Positions 11,913 to 24,605 of a stretch of DNA of 64,000 bases are shown piece by piece. The stretch is taken from NCBI RefSeq assembly GCF_018350175.1, contig NC_058381.1, positions 744,001 to 808,000 on the forward strand. Direction: 5' to 3'. Source of the stretch: Felis catus (Eukaryota). The notes below the pieces were generated by a model, which was not told where the DNA came from, searched no databases, and saw only the letters and a program-made list of their open reading frames with translations. The first letter of the stretch is position 1. Each line of letters begins with the position of its first letter. Both the position numbers and the translations under genes were made by a program.

Positions 11913-13711
11913 CAGGGCTCTGCACGGCCGGGCCGGGGCGGGACGCGCCACACCAGATGCCCCGTGGGCGAGGGCCGGCCGCCAGGGCTTGGCAGGCATT
12001 GGACCCCTGGGTGGGGCGTGTGAGCAGCGGGGAGTAAAGGTCCTCTGAATGCAGAAGAGACTGGGCAGGGAAGGCCCCGTGTGTTCAGAGGACCTGGGGG
12101 AGGGGTTGCAGGTCCCGCAGGGAACCGAGCGGGTGGAGGCTGGATCAAGCCCTGCCTGATACCCCTAGGGGTTCTGTGGGGAAAGCAGGAAATGGGCTTG
12201 ACCCTGACCGCAGCACCTGCCACCTTGCCCTCAGGCTAAAGACTGCTGATGGCCACATGGGGGTCGGACCGGCCTGAGCCTCTAACTGGGGACTCAGGCC
12301 GCACCTTTCTCTTGGGGCTCCCTCAGTGAGGGCAGGCCTGTGTCCCTGTGTCTCCAGCCCGGCCTCCGGAGGCAGCGGCTGGTCAATTCCTGGTACATCC
12401 CTCCTGGGGAGTCCATGTGCCGGGGTCGTGGCGGGCACTCCCAGACCCCGGCCCCCGATCTGTCACGCTCCATGGAGCTTCTGCAGGGAGCTTCTACGGG
12501 GTCGAATGCAGAACCCCTGCATAGTCTGGAGGCTTGAATTCTAGAATTCTCAGAATCCTCACTCTCGGGATCCTTGGAGGGTGTGGCTTCTCCACAAGCA
12601 GGTGGACCTCGTTCTGGAGCGAGCTGCACAGATTTGCCTTCCAGACGAGGGACGGCCACACACTGGTCTCCGCTCTTCCTGGGAGCTCGGCCTCCGGCCG
12701 TCCACGGCACTGCCCGTCCTGGGGGGGCTTTTCGTTGAGCCTCTGTGGGGCCTTGACTCATGCAGACATGGCCTCCTCCTGGCCTCTGCTCTTCTGGGTC
12801 CATGGGGCCCATCTGCATGGACAACTGTTGAACCTTGGGCAGTACAGCCCTGGATCCTTCCTCGGGCCGGTCGGTGACCTCGGGGAGGGGTCTGGCCCAC
12901 AGGAGCACGGAACCACCAGCAGCAGAGTCCCATTCAGCCAACCCCCCCTCTCCCCCCCAGCCTTCCAGTCCTGGCCCTGGAGCCTCGGGGAAGAATCAGA
13001 CCCTCCCTGCTCACAGCCGAAAGGGGGAGCAGATGTGGGAACGTTCCTCCAGATCCGGCCAGAGACGAATGTCCCAGGGAGGCTGGGGGGTGGGGGAGGG
13101 GATGTGCTCGGCCCTGGTGGCGGGAGCTGGGAGGGAGGCCATGGAGAAGGCTGCGGTCCGACAGGTTCTCCACGAGGAGCCAGTCTAGACGCTGGGGAAG
13201 GTGGGGTGTTACCAGTAAAGGGACATGTTTCCAGAACAGTCTGTGGTCCTGGTCCACTGTCGAGTGGAGGGGGCAGAGGGCGTGGATGGAGCGGGGGGCA
13301 GGCTCCCACCCCCTGAGGGCTGGCCACCCAGCCTGGTCACTCTGGGGCCAGCTCTCCCCACTGGGCCGGTTCCAGCTGGATGTTGGTGCTCACTTGCTGG
13401 ATGGCAGCCCCTTACAGCCCTGACTGGGTCTGAGGCTCTCGGTGACCCCGTAGCCGGCACAGGGGTGTCAGAATGTTTGTGCGGAGGGTTGGGGGGGGGA
13501 GGCACTATAGTTGTGACACCCTCTGACACCATCCGGTCTCACACCGGCTTCCACGCCTCGGCCCCAGCCCCTGCCACCCCTGCAGGGCCGTCCTGTCCCC
13601 CGCTGGCTCCCGAGGGGGGGGGGCCGGGGGAACCTGTGGCCTCCCTCCCCGCCCCGCCTCTGCAGGCTGATGCTGAGAACCTCCCTCCCCACCCCCCCAC
13701 CCTCCCCACAG

Positions 13712-13896
13712 GCTGATGCTGGGCTTCATGGGCGTCACGGCCTTTCTCTCCATGTGGATCAGCAACACGGCCACCACGGCCATGATGGTGCCCATCGTGG
13801 AGGCCATGTTACAGCAGATGGAGACCGCCGGCTCCGCCGAGGCCGGCCTGGGGGCCCTGGAGCTGGCAGACAAGGGCAGGGCCGGCCAGCTGCCAG
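13712..13896 (+). CDS. SLC13A5: SLC13A5 exon 4 (LMLGFMGVTAFLSMWISNTATTAMMVPIVEAML...)
   Basis: cacag|G ... CCAG|gtgagc, 185 nt; contains the first SNT motif. Confidence 0.95.
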
Positions 13897-14454
13897 GTGA
13901 GCCCCCGGCCCGGGTGCCCCTCACCCCTGCCCGCACCTGCCCCTGCCCGGGGGGCCTCTGCTCCCACAGGCATCGGGGGGCGGGGGGAGGCCCCGGGGCT
14001 GGCTAGAGAGCGCCCGTCTCATTCATTCTCTGCCGCGTTCACCGCACGTCCCCGGGGTGGGGGGGCGATGGCCTTGTCGCCGGGCCCCGGGCCGGGTTCC
14101 GGCTACAGAGGTGCACAGACACGCTCCCCGGGGACGGCAGAGCCCGGCAGGCCGGGTAGGGAGGCCCCCGGCGAGGCTCATCTGACCCAGGGATGCCTCG
14201 GCCGGACGCCGAGGGAGCGCTGGAGAGGGACGGGCCTTGTGGGGGGAGAGGGCCCTGAGGTGGATTCGGAGGGCTGTCCCTGTCCCCTAGCGGAGGGAAC
14301 AGCCTGAGCAGGGACAGGGCACCAGGAGAGAAGGGCATGTGTGAAGCCACCGGATTTGTGTGGAGCTGAGCTCCTGGAAGGAGGTGGAGGCAGGCCGCAG
14401 GGGCCCGGGGCAAGGTCAGGCGCTGGAGCTCAGCCTGCCGCGTGCCCCCCACAG

Positions 14455-14623
14455 GGAGCCAAGTGACCTTCGAAGGGCCCCCCGAGGGGCTGCGGGCCGA
14501 CCGCGACCGGAGGAGCGTGCGCAAGGCCATGACCCTGTGCGTGTGCTACGCGGCCAGCATCGGAGGGACCGCCACACTGACAGGGACGGGGCCCAACGTG
14601 GTGCTTCTGGGCCAGATGCACGA
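14455..14623 (+). CDS. SLC13A5: SLC13A5 exon 5 (...[28 protein letters not shown])
   Basis: cacag|GG ... GA|gtgagt, 169 nt; contains the [14 protein letters not shown] signature. Confidence 0.96.
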
Positions 14624-15619
14624 GTGAGTCACGGGCCTGCCTTCTGGGGACGTAAGGAGGGCCCGGGGCCGGGGGGCCCCCAGCTCTCCTTCCTGCTCAG
14701 CTGGGGCCGGGGCCGGGGCCGGACAGCCCTGCACCTGCCCGAGACCCCACAGGCTGGCTTCTGCTCTGGGGCGAGTCCTGCCCTCCTCCCCGGGCTCTCG
14801 CTCCGACGGGAATGCGCCCTGAATACGGAGCTGAAGTCGAGGGAAACGACAGTGTGGCGCGAGAGGCCGGGTCCCTGTCAAACTTGCAGAAAACAGACAC
14901 AGAAGCCCCCTCCAGCGGGCTCGATGCGTTAACAACCCCGGCTGTTAACGGTGGTGCCCTATGGGAGGGTCACAGGTCAGGTTACTTGTTGCCTCTAAGC
15001 GCCCTTGAAGGGGCTGCAGAGAAACCACAGGGCTGGTGGGCACGTTCCCGCCCTGGCCACAAAGGGACACAGGCCTTGAGGAGTCTCATCCTGGGCCCGG
15101 CTGGTGCGGGTGGGGCTGGGATCACCGAGTGAGGGGCCCTGACGGGCAGCTACCCGCTGGACCAGGCCGGCAGGCAGGACAGCCGGGAGGCGGGAAGGAG
15201 CCCAGCCCGCAGACACTTGAGGCCCAACACGCAGACTGTTTTGATCTTCGAGGACCTTCTATAATGATGGCCTTACCGTTCTCCCCGGAGTTCCTCTGGG
15301 AAAGGCAGCTGAGTGGGGAAGGCTGTGTCTAAGGGAGCCGGTGCCTGGGGGCAGAGGGCCGGCCGCCGCGGAAGTGACCCTCCGCCAGCCCCAGGAGGAT
15401 CTGGAGGGTGGCTTTCCCAGGGCCCCCCTGCCCTCCCACCTCATCCGTGGAGCCCTGAAGCTGTTGGCCGGCTCCTGTGTGTAGGCGAGGTCCCCAGGGG
15501 GGCCCGGATGCTCAGGCAGGGCGCTCAGCCACCCCCCGGTCTTGTTCTGTGCGTGGCGAGGCCCGGTCTCAGCGTCCACCCTGGGGACACCGTGCACAGC
15601 TCAGTGTCTCTCCCTTCAG

Positions 15620-15742
15620 GTTGTTTCCGGACAGCAAAGACCTGGTGAACTTCGCCTCCTGGTTTGGCTTTGCCTTTCCCAACATGCTGGTGATGCTGCT
15701 GCTGGCCTGGCTGTGGCTCCAGTGCGTCTACATGAGGTTCAG
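15620..15742 (+). CDS. SLC13A5: SLC13A5 exon 6 ([40 protein letters not shown])
   Basis: ttcag|G ... AG|gtgagc, 123 nt, phase-consistent. Confidence 0.95.
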
Positions 15743-17504
15743 GTGAGCGGCTCCGGTGCGTCCGTGCGAGGCTCAGGCGAGCCCGTCTGGCCGGGGGTTA
15801 GGGCTTCAACACGTGAACGTGGGGGACACAGCGGAGTCCCTAAGAGCCCCTCTTGGGGAGGCCGAGGGTTACTGCCCTTGACTGCCACGAGGCCCGGTAC
15901 AGCCAGGCGTCAGGGGCACCAGCCCGAGCTGGGGGGCTGCCCGAGGCCCCGAGGCCCGCTGAGCTCCTGGCAGAGAGAGCAGGGGGCGCTGGGCTGGCCC
16001 CGAGGCCACAGGGGCACTGCCAGCGTCAGGGGATGTCATGTCAGGAACCCCAGCTGTGGCCCCCCAGCCTGGCGAGGCTTCTGCTGCCCTTCTGAGGAGG
16101 GCGTCCGCCCGTGTCTGCCTTCTGGGCTGCCGCGCCCACACTGCCGGCCCGCCGCTCCAGCCCCGTGGTCCTTGCTAACCCGACGCGGAGCCTGGTGGGT
16201 GGGCAGCTCCCCGGAGCCTCGCCGGGACAGCTTTTCCCACTCAGCCCCGATGGCGGGAGCAGCAGGCCGTGCCTGGAGCGTTTCGGGCCCCGGGGGCCCC
16301 TGCTCCAGGCTTCCTAGATGCCCTCACCGGATCAGGGGTAGCACCTGCCTCTTGCGGTGCCCTCATCCGGGTCCCGCATCTGGATGGTGGTGGGGATCAA
16401 CCTCAGGTCATGGGGCACGACCTCAGGGAGGCTGCCTCCAGCCTCCTCTAGGAAGCTCGTCCGGGAAGCCGCCTTCCGAGTTCACGAGTTCACGTCCAGC
16501 CCTGGGGTCCACAGGTCCCCAGCACTAACAGGACATCACAGCCGGCTCGTACCCGGCTTTCCTGAGCAGGCTGTCCCCGGGGCCAGGGATGGGGGTTCCT
16601 CTGCGCACCTTCCCCGGCGACGCCCTTGGGGGTCCAAGGGCCTCCCCGCCCCGGCTCTGCAGCACTGGGTCAGGGGCTCCGTGGCGGCCATTCTACAGGA
16701 CCCTGCACCCCCCAGCCCGGGGCTCCCGCGGGCAGCCCGACCCACCCGCCGGCATCGGGTGCCAGCCCGGCAGCCGCCAGATTGGCCCTGAGCCGGGAGC
16801 GAACCGCTTCATGTCAGGGAGGGGGCGTCCGGGAGGCGTGGCGGCAACGGCTGGGGGCCGGCATGGACACCCACCTGCCCGAGGGAGTCCCGTCTGCAGC
16901 CGCCGTGGAGTCGGTGTCGGGACATGTGGCACCGGACACGGGCCGGGCAGCTGAGAGCACCGAGCGGCCCCTTATCCCGGGAGCCGGCGTCACGAGAACG
17001 GCTCACAGACTGGCCCTTGGTGCCGATTCCGTGCACCCCTGCCCTCCCGGGAAGTGTGCCCCAGGGGTCAGGAGGCGCTCCCGCCAGGGAGGGCTCTCCA
17101 GGGACAGTCCTGTTGGCCTCGCCCAGTGCCTTCAGGCTGACGGGGGCTGGAATGCCCGGAGAATCCCGTGGGCCGTGTCCGGGGCCCTGTGGCCCTGGCG
17201 GGCCCTTCCCACGGCTGAGGTACCCTTACAGCTGCCCAGGGATCCCTCCTCCTCCTTGTCCCTCATGCCAGCACCTCCGGGGGAGGTCCTGCAGGGCGCA
17301 CTGTGGTGGCCGTGGCCACAGGCTCCCGGGGAGCCCCCTCCGGCTCTGGGGACGCCCTGGGCCACGCGCTGGGCACACCTAACAGAGACTTTCCCGCCCT
17401 GCGCACTGCGGGGGAGGGCCGGCAGGGGAGGGCCGCCGTGGGCGACAGGCAGCGCCGTCTGACCGTCCGGCCGGCCTCGCCGCCTTCTGTCTCTGCACCT
17501 CCAG

Positions 17505-17720
17505 TTTTAAGGCGTCCTGGGGCTGCGGGCTGGAGAGCAGGCATCACGAGAAGGCCGTGTATGAGCTGCTGTGGCAGGAGTACAGGAAGCTGGGGCCGTT
17601 CTCCTTCGCCGAGGCCAACGTCCTGCTCTGCTTCCTCCTGCTGGTCGGCCTGTGGTTCTCCCGGGACCCCGGCTTCATGCCCGGCTGGGTGTCGCTGGCC
17701 TGGGAGGAGGGCGAGACAAA
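17505..17720 (+). CDS. SLC13A5: SLC13A5 exon 7 ([11 protein letters not shown]...[12 protein letters not shown]...[13 protein letters not shown]...)
   Basis: tccag|T ... AA|gtaagt, 216 nt; contains the [13 protein letters not shown] motif. Confidence 0.95.
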
Positions 17721-18420
17721 GTAAGTTACGGGTTCCCCGGCCCCGCGCATGACTTCTGCAGCGCTGCCTTGGTTCACGGCTGGTTCTCTTCTCCCCAGTC
17801 CTCGCGACAGGCCCGCAGACAGTTCCTGCTGGCCAGGCAGGGTGGCCGGGATGTGACGGAGAGAGATTTGCTGAGCCCGGAGCTCTAGCTTCCAAACTTC
17901 TGTTCTGCCGTCTTTCCTCCCTCTGAAAGCAGACGGAGTCCGGGGTCCAGGGCCTCTTTGGCCCGGAGGATGTGTGCCGCCTCCCTCCAGGTTGAGCTGT
18001 TCTGTGGCCAGAAGGAAGCAAGGTTGAGAAACACCCGTGTCCTAGACAAGGCAGGCCATGCGGGCGGGCGGACAGCTGCCTGTGGCCACCTGTGGCATTT
18101 GAAGGCTCTTGAGTTATCACCAAAGCCCTCGTGGGCACCCTGGTGAACCCAGGATTCCAGAGAGTCTGATGAGCAGAGGTCATGAGGCTCGTCCACGGAG
18201 CAGCACAGACCGAGAGGGAAGCCAGTGGCTGAGGGTCACCCAGCTGGGGGCAGAGCTGGGCAGAGACGTGGACATCCTGGTTTCCAGCCAGGGTTCCGTC
18301 TACACGGCCCTTAGGGCTCCAGTCCTCACGCTCGGCTGAGCCTGTAGACGCAGAGCAGGCTCGCCGAGTGGTGATGGTCCCAAAACTGAGCTGGGCACGT
18401 CCGTGTGCTCTCTCTGCTAG

Positions 18421-18521
18421 GTACGCGTCTGACGCCACCGTGGCCACCTTTGTGGCCACCTTGCTGTTCGTAGTGCCTTCGCAGAGGCCCCAGTTCAACT
18501 TCCGTGGCCAGACGGAGGAGG
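18421..18521 (+). CDS. SLC13A5: SLC13A5 exon 8 (YASDATVATFVATLLFVVPSQRPQFNFRGQTEE)
   Basis: gctag|G ... G|gtaagg, 101 nt. Confidence 0.95.
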
Positions 18522-18936
18522 GTAAGGCCCCCGGGAGCGTTCGTCAGGCCTTCCCTGGGGACTGTTTTCTGCAGATTCTTCTCTTGTGCCCTCCAGACGT
18601 TTGAAACCTTGGCAATATTATAAGAGAACCGACAGACGTTTCCAATTTCCCGCAAGGCCATCCGTGCTTTTTCCGGTTTCTCTCCTCCGGTCTTTGCTGG
18701 GATGCATGTGTGTTACACGGGCCGCTCAGATTCCGTTTCTCGGTTGTTTGGGTTTTCGTGTCTTTACGGTGTGATCACTTCCTGTTAATGCCACAGGCTT
18801 CACGTCCATTTTCTGTAATTATGGCATCGTAGCGCATCGAGGGGCGGAACTGTTCTCTCTTGTGGAACGTTCTGGCCGTTTGGAATTTTCCGTTGCTGTC
18901 AATTAGTGTTTTCAGGTGCATAGGTGTTTCTTCTTT

Positions 18937-19156
18937 TTCTAAAATTTTTTTAATGTTTTTATTTATTTTTGAGACAGAGAGAGACAGAGCATGAGCAGGG
19001 GAGGGGCAGAGAGAGAGGGAGGCACAGAATCGGAAGCAGGCTCCAGGCTCCAAGCTGTCAGCACAGAGCCCGACGCGGGGCTCGAACCCACAAACCATGA
19101 GATCATGACCTGAGCCGAAGTCAGACGCTTAACCGACTGAGCCACCCAGGCGCCCC
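18937..19156 (-). mobile_element. CAN-SINE in SLC13A5 intron 8
   Basis: TSD TAG(G/A)TGTTTCTTCTTT at 18921-18936 and 19157-19172. Confidence 0.93.
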
Positions 19157-19458
19157 TAGATGTTTCTTCTTTAGGATAAATTTCCAGGAGTCGTGTTATT
19201 GTAAGGGCATATATGCCAAATGGCTTTTCAAAAAGATTGGGCCAATGCGTATGCTCCCCAGGAGTGGGTGACAGCGTTACCCAGCATTTTTCACCAGCAC
19301 TGGGTGTGGCGTTCATTGTGAGTTTCAGCTGATGCGAAACCTCGCTCTGGGAGGGCGTCCCTGGTCCACACAGGCTTTGATTCCCCTGGAATCGATCTCT
19401 TTTGCTTCCCGCTGCTGCTCTGGCTTGTGTATGTGTGTCTTTTGTTGTTTCTTCCCAG

Positions 19459-19577
19459 AAAGGAAAGCTCCATTTTATCCCCCTGCGCTGCTGACCTGGA
19501 AGGTGACCCAGGAGAAAGTGCCCTGGGGCATCGTGCTGCTGCTGGGGGGCGGCTTCGCACTGGCCAAAGGATGTGAG
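19459..19577 (+). CDS. SLC13A5: SLC13A5 exon 9 ([39 protein letters not shown])
   Basis: cccag|AA ... GAG|gtaacg, 119 nt; contains the [15 protein letters not shown] motif. Confidence 0.96.
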
Positions 19578-20156
19578 GTAACGCCCCCGGCTGCCGGCTG
19601 CCAGGGCCCCTCTTGCACAAGACGGCGGCAGAGACCTGAGGTGTCCCTCTGCCCACACCCCTGCTCTGTGCTCTGTGGCTCTGTGTCTGCTCCGCAGAAC
19701 TGCACGCGTCTTGAGGACAGGGGACTCTGTCTCGTCACCGAGAGGCCCTGCAACACGGGCAGTGCCTGCAAGAGAGAAAGTGCTCTTTGAAAAATTGTAG
19801 AAACGAGTGAATAAGTGACCAAGAGAATAAGTTAACCAAGAGAGGCAGGGGACGCTGTGAGGGCTGCCCTGGGGGTTGGCGATAATGATCTCTGCTTTGA
19901 TTTGTTCTGGGAGGTCTTTCTTTCGAGTCCCTGTGACCACTTCCACCACTGCACCTGGTTCTTTTACTTGATGAGTTCCTTGTTGATACAGTTGACATTT
20001 AAGCATTTTTCTCTAGATAGGTATGTAACAGCAGAGAAGGAGAGCACTGGTGTTTAGGAGAAAACACACACAAATGAAACTTTCTTACTTCTATTCCTCC
20101 CCAGTAGGGAAGAAGTAGGGTTGAGGGAGAGATGAGCCAGCTTCGTGCTGATATCC

Positions 20157-20693
20157 NNNNNNNNNNNNNNNNNNNNNNNNNNNNNNNNNNNNNNNNNNNN
20201 NNNNNNNNNNNNNNNNNNNNNNNNNNNNNNNNNNNNNNNNNNNNNNNNNNNNNNNNNNNNNNNNNNNNNNNNNNNNNNNNNNNNNNNNNNNNNNNNNNNN
20301 NNNNNNNNNNNNNNNNNNNNNNNNNNNNNNNNNNNNNNNNNNNNNNNNNNNNNTCCCTGCATCCNNNNNNNNNNNNNNNNNNNNNNNNNNNNNNNNNNNN
20401 NNNNNNNNNNNNNNNNNNNNNNNNNNNNNNNNNNNNNNNNNNNNNNNNNNNNNNNNNNNNNNNNNNNNNNNNNNNNNNNNNNNNNNNNNNNNNNNNNNNN
20501 NNNNNNNNNNNNNNNNNNNNNNNNNNNNNNNNNNNNNNNNNNNNNNNNNNNNNNNNNNNNNNNNNNNNNNNNNNNNNNNNNNNNNNNNNNNNNNNNNNNN
20601 NNNNNNNNNNNNNNNNNNNNNNNNNNNNNNNNNNNNNNNNNNNNNNNNNNNNNNNNNNNNNNNNNNNNNNNNNNNNNNNNNNNNNNNNNNNNN
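20157..20693. other. Assembly gap (N run) with an 11-bp called island at 20354-20364
   Basis: Seen directly. Confidence 0.99.
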
Positions 20694-20699
20694 TGGACA

Positions 20700-21600
20700 A
20701 ATTTGGTCTATCTTATTTCTGCTGTTCCCTCAGCATCTAGAATAGAGCCCAGTGCATAGCAAGGACATAAATATCTTTTGGATGAACAAATGCATCCATC
20801 TGGTCAACTCACCCATCCATCTGTTATCTCCCATTCATTCATTCATTCATTCATTCATCAAACATTCCCTTTATGTCCCTGTTAAATCAGTCTGAGCATT
20901 ACAGAGGAGATTGATATATGTCCCTGCTTTTGAGGCCTTTGCTGCCTGGCGAGGGGGACGCATCTGGAAAAGCATGTCAGGGAGAAGTGACACTTGAGTG
21001 AAGGGGGAAGTGTGCCGTTTCTAGTGCAGGAGCAGCAGAAGAGGAGGCTGGTGCAGCCACTCCACCGGGGGTTACAACAGAGAGAGTGAACTTACTGTGA
21101 AGACAGCGGGTGACCACTGAAGGGTGGTGGCCGCGGCAAATCAGTCAGATCTGCACTTGGGAAAACACCCTGAGGTCGAGTAGACCTAGCAGGGAGGCGT
21201 TGAGGGAGATCCAGCAGGCGCCCCATACAGTCGGTCATCCAACCCAGTCTCAGAGCGTGAGGCCCCGTGAGCTATTCTCTCCTGAGACTCGCTCCTGCTC
21301 TAAATCCCCAGTGTCTGCCTCGGATCCCTCTCCTGAGCGTGGAGAGCTACCGGGGGCTGAGAGGAGATGGTGATGAGGAGCTCTGGGTGACTGGGTGGCT
21401 GAGTGGGCATAAGGAAGAAGGGGACAGGGACCCCAGGGCGGTGTCCAGCTTCCCAGGGTGGGCGGCAGGTGTATGGGAGCCCCGGGGAGCAGACTCTGGG
21501 CCAGAGAGAGTGAATTCAGGTAGAGGCATGTTGAGTGTCACTGGGCCAAAATTCAGTTATAGACCAGCTGGGCTGGAAACGGATTTAGGAGACAGCAGGG
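20700..21600. mobile_element. LINE-2 fragments, including the (TCAT)n 3' terminal repeat
   Basis: cagcatctagaatagagcccagtgcatag..aaatatc; (tcat)n at ~20833-20858; gagttcaggtagaggcatgttgagt-like L2 core; boundaries approximate. Confidence 0.55.
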
Positions 21601-21738
21601 CGAGGGTGGGGATTGAGGGTGTGGCCTCGTGGAGCCCACCCGTGGCTCTTATGCAGAGAGAGAGCCAGACTTGCAGGAGGGGCTGAGCTCCTCGGGCCCG
21701 CAGCCTTTGGTGACTGTCCCCCCCCCTCCGCTTTCAAG

Positions 21739-21900
21739 GCCTCGGGGCTGTCGGAATGGATGGGGGAGCAGATGGAACCCTTGCACTCTGTGCCCCCGGC
21801 GGCCATCACCTTGATCCTGTCCCTGCTTGTTGCCGTGTTCACCGAGTGCACGAGCAATGTGGCCACCACGACCCTATTCCTGCCCATCTTCGCCTCCATG
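21739..21900 (+). CDS. SLC13A5: SLC13A5 exon 10 ([15 protein letters not shown]...[21 protein letters not shown])
   Basis: tcaag|GCC ... ATG|gtgagt, 162 nt; contains the second SN(V) motif. Confidence 0.95.
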
Positions 21901-23395
21901 GTGAGTGACCCACCAGGAAGGGGACCCTTAGCCGTCATGGCACAAGAAGCCGCCAAGCTGGGACCGTGTCCTGGGTCCCTGAAGGGACGGAGCCCAAACA
22001 CGCTTTGCGGGCCTGGGCCTCTGAGCCTCTGATGACCCTCGGTCTCTGTCCTCGGGTCCTCCGCGGTCCCCAAAGTGCACAGCAAGAACCAGGCCCTCAA
22101 AATCCATTTATAAATGTGGCTAGTTATTTCTCAAGCTGAGGAGACAGGATTTGCGGGCCAGTGTCATGGGGGTGTTGGAGGGTCTGGAGCACGTAGCCCG
22201 GGGTGTGCACGAGGGCGGCGGGGCGGGGCCGCCAGGAAGAGAGCCTGGGGGACTGGGTCTTGGGGAGGCGGGAGGGAGAGGACGGTCAGGGCGGGGGCGG
22301 GGGGCGGTGCCAGGCTAGAGGTCTGTGCTGTGGGCAAGCATGTGCGAGCCAGAGCTCAGGAGGAGGCAGGGCACGGAGAGGCTGTGATCTCTTACGCTTC
22401 CTTCCAACGCCCATCGCGCGGCGGTCCCGACCTCAGGGTGGTGCAGCAGGAGGCTGGGCTGGCGGTCGGAGGACCTGGGTCCAAGCTGTGGTTAGGGCCA
22501 AGTAAGACGGGGGCCGTGGAAATCTTCTGTGGGCGACAGCCCGAGCCTGGGAGAGACCGTGGTTGTCACCCTGGAGTCAGGAGTCTGAGCCAAGAGCTCA
22601 GGATTCAAGTCAGTAGATTTCCACTCTGTGCCCCGGCGTCCGCGCGTATGGAAGTAAAACCCAGTGGTTTTGTCCTTCCGTTCCGGGCAGGGATGAAAGT
22701 GTTGGAACTCGGTTCCCCTAAGCGGGCTGCTGGGCCAGCGCTGGTGAGCGCCCCCCGCCCCCGGGAAAGGCCTCCAGCCCAGAGCCAGACAAATGGAGGT
22801 CTTCACCTGGGGGTGTGGCCAGGCCCTTGGCAAACAGGCTTTCCTAGAAGCTGAAGCCCACGGTACCTCTGAGGCCCCCGGAGCCCCGGCCTCAGCACCC
22901 ACCCCCGGAGAGGGGGCAGGCGGCGACCCCCAAGCTGGGTCACAGAGGCACGTGGGGTGCATACACCATGCACATCCAAGGCCAGGACGAAAGGGGGGTC
23001 AGGACACAGACGGGGTCCCTGCCTGGGCCTCTCAGCCCTCCCCAGAGGGCGTGTGCCCGGGCGTGGCCTTTCCTGAGACCTGTTTACCCACAGGAACCCT
23101 AACCTGAGGTCCGCCCCGGCAATTTCATATCTGGGAATGTATCTCGGGAAGATCTCCAGAGGTGCTCATTCCAGAACAACCCATCACAGAGTTACTTGTT
23201 ACAAAAATATTTTCATAACAGCAGAGGATTGGGGAGATTAAATATAGTCATATGGAATGATACTATCAAGCATGGGGGGGGGGATCACAGCTTTGAAGGG
23301 TATTTAGAGTTGAAAACATGATACTTACACGTGGCTAACAAATGTCCAATAACGCCAGACCCTGACCCCCCAGCTTCCATTTCTGTTACTAATGT

Positions 23396-23608
23396 CTTTT
23401 TAAAAATTTTTAAAAATGTTTATTGATTTTTGAGAGAGACAGAGCACGACCGGGGGAGGGGCAGAGAGAGAGGGAGACCCAGAATCCGAAGCAGGCTCCA
23501 GGCCCCGAGCTGTCAGCATAGAATCCGACTTGGGGCTTGAACTCATGAACCGTGAGATCATGATCTGAGCCAAAGTCAGACGCCCAACCGACTGAGCCCA
23601 GGTGCCCC
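23396..23608 (-). mobile_element. CAN-SINE in SLC13A5 intron 10
   Basis: Reverse-complement SINEC sequence. Confidence 0.9.
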
Positions 23609-23644
23609 TCTGTTATTCATTTCTTAGGTATCTTTCTGGATGTA

Positions 23645-23645
<1 letters not shown>

Positions 23646-23679
<34 letters not shown>
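23646..23679. repeat. (CA)n microsatellite
   Basis: Seen directly. Confidence 0.95.
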
Positions 23680-23683
<4 letters not shown>

Positions 23684-24467
23684 CTTTTTAAACCAATGGC
23701 CTCATTCTGTGGTCCTGCTCTGCACCTGAATTTTGTTTTCCTGTGCTGTCACTCTTCACAGCCCCAAGCTGTCCCCTTGTTTGTAGGTACGTTTTCATTT
23801 AAGCAGTCTGCTTCTGCGGCCACCTGCTTAGGGATGAGTCTGTCTCCTGAGTGCTTTGCTGATACAATGTTGCACAGGCCTCTGTCATCACGTGCACATA
23901 AATCTGCACGAGGGATCATCGCTAGTTTCCATAGACACGAACAACTATTGTGAGCTGTATCATTCGTCCATTCAGCAAACATTTAATGAACATCCACTGG
24001 GTGCAGGGCGCTGTCTGATGTGGCTGAATTTTAAGTTGTAAAGAGCGGTATCGAATTCCGTATGCAAACGATCCCAGACGTGTGTAAGAGCACGCGTGTG
24101 CATAGGTGAGGAGACGCGGGCCCTCTAGGTCCGTGGCAGGACGGACAGCCATGTGCACACGTGGGCCGCGGGGACGCCGCGAGATTCGGTGCGGCCTGAG
24201 CACCCGGCATGGTCTGTGGCACGTAGCTGGTGCCCAGGAAGTAGGTGCTGAATGGACCGAGGGGGCCTTCGGGAAGGCCTCCCCAGGAGGTGGCTGCGGG
24301 TTCAGCCTTCAGGGCCCAGCAAGGCTCTTACCGAGACCCGTGCCGACGGGAAGAGGGGCCGGCGGGACGGAGGCACAGGGCGCATTAGGGGGACGCGTTT
24401 CAGAGAGGTGGTCCCTGGAGCCTTCGGCACCTGCGTGTGTGACCCGTGGCGCCGTGTTTCTCCCCAG

Positions 24468-24605
24468 TCACGTTCCATCGGCCTCAACCCGCTGTACGTC
24501 ATGCTGCCCTGCACCCTGAGCGCGTCCTTTGCCTTCATGCTGCCCGTGGCCACCCCGCCCAATGCCATCGTGTTTGCTTATGGACACCTCAAGGTTTCTG
24601 ACATG
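24468..24605 (+). CDS. SLC13A5: SLC13A5 exon 11 ([46 protein letters not shown])
   Basis: cccag|TCA ... ATG|gtaacg, 138 nt; contains the [14 protein letters not shown] sodium:sulfate symporter signature. Confidence 0.97.

Noticed and set aside
17263-20006. Minus-strand 411-aa and 347-aa ORFs within SLC13A5
   Set aside because: They are antisense to exons, introns and a SINE, have no domain-like content, and are expected at this GC content
19999-20759. ORFs made mostly of X
   Set aside because: They run through the N gap
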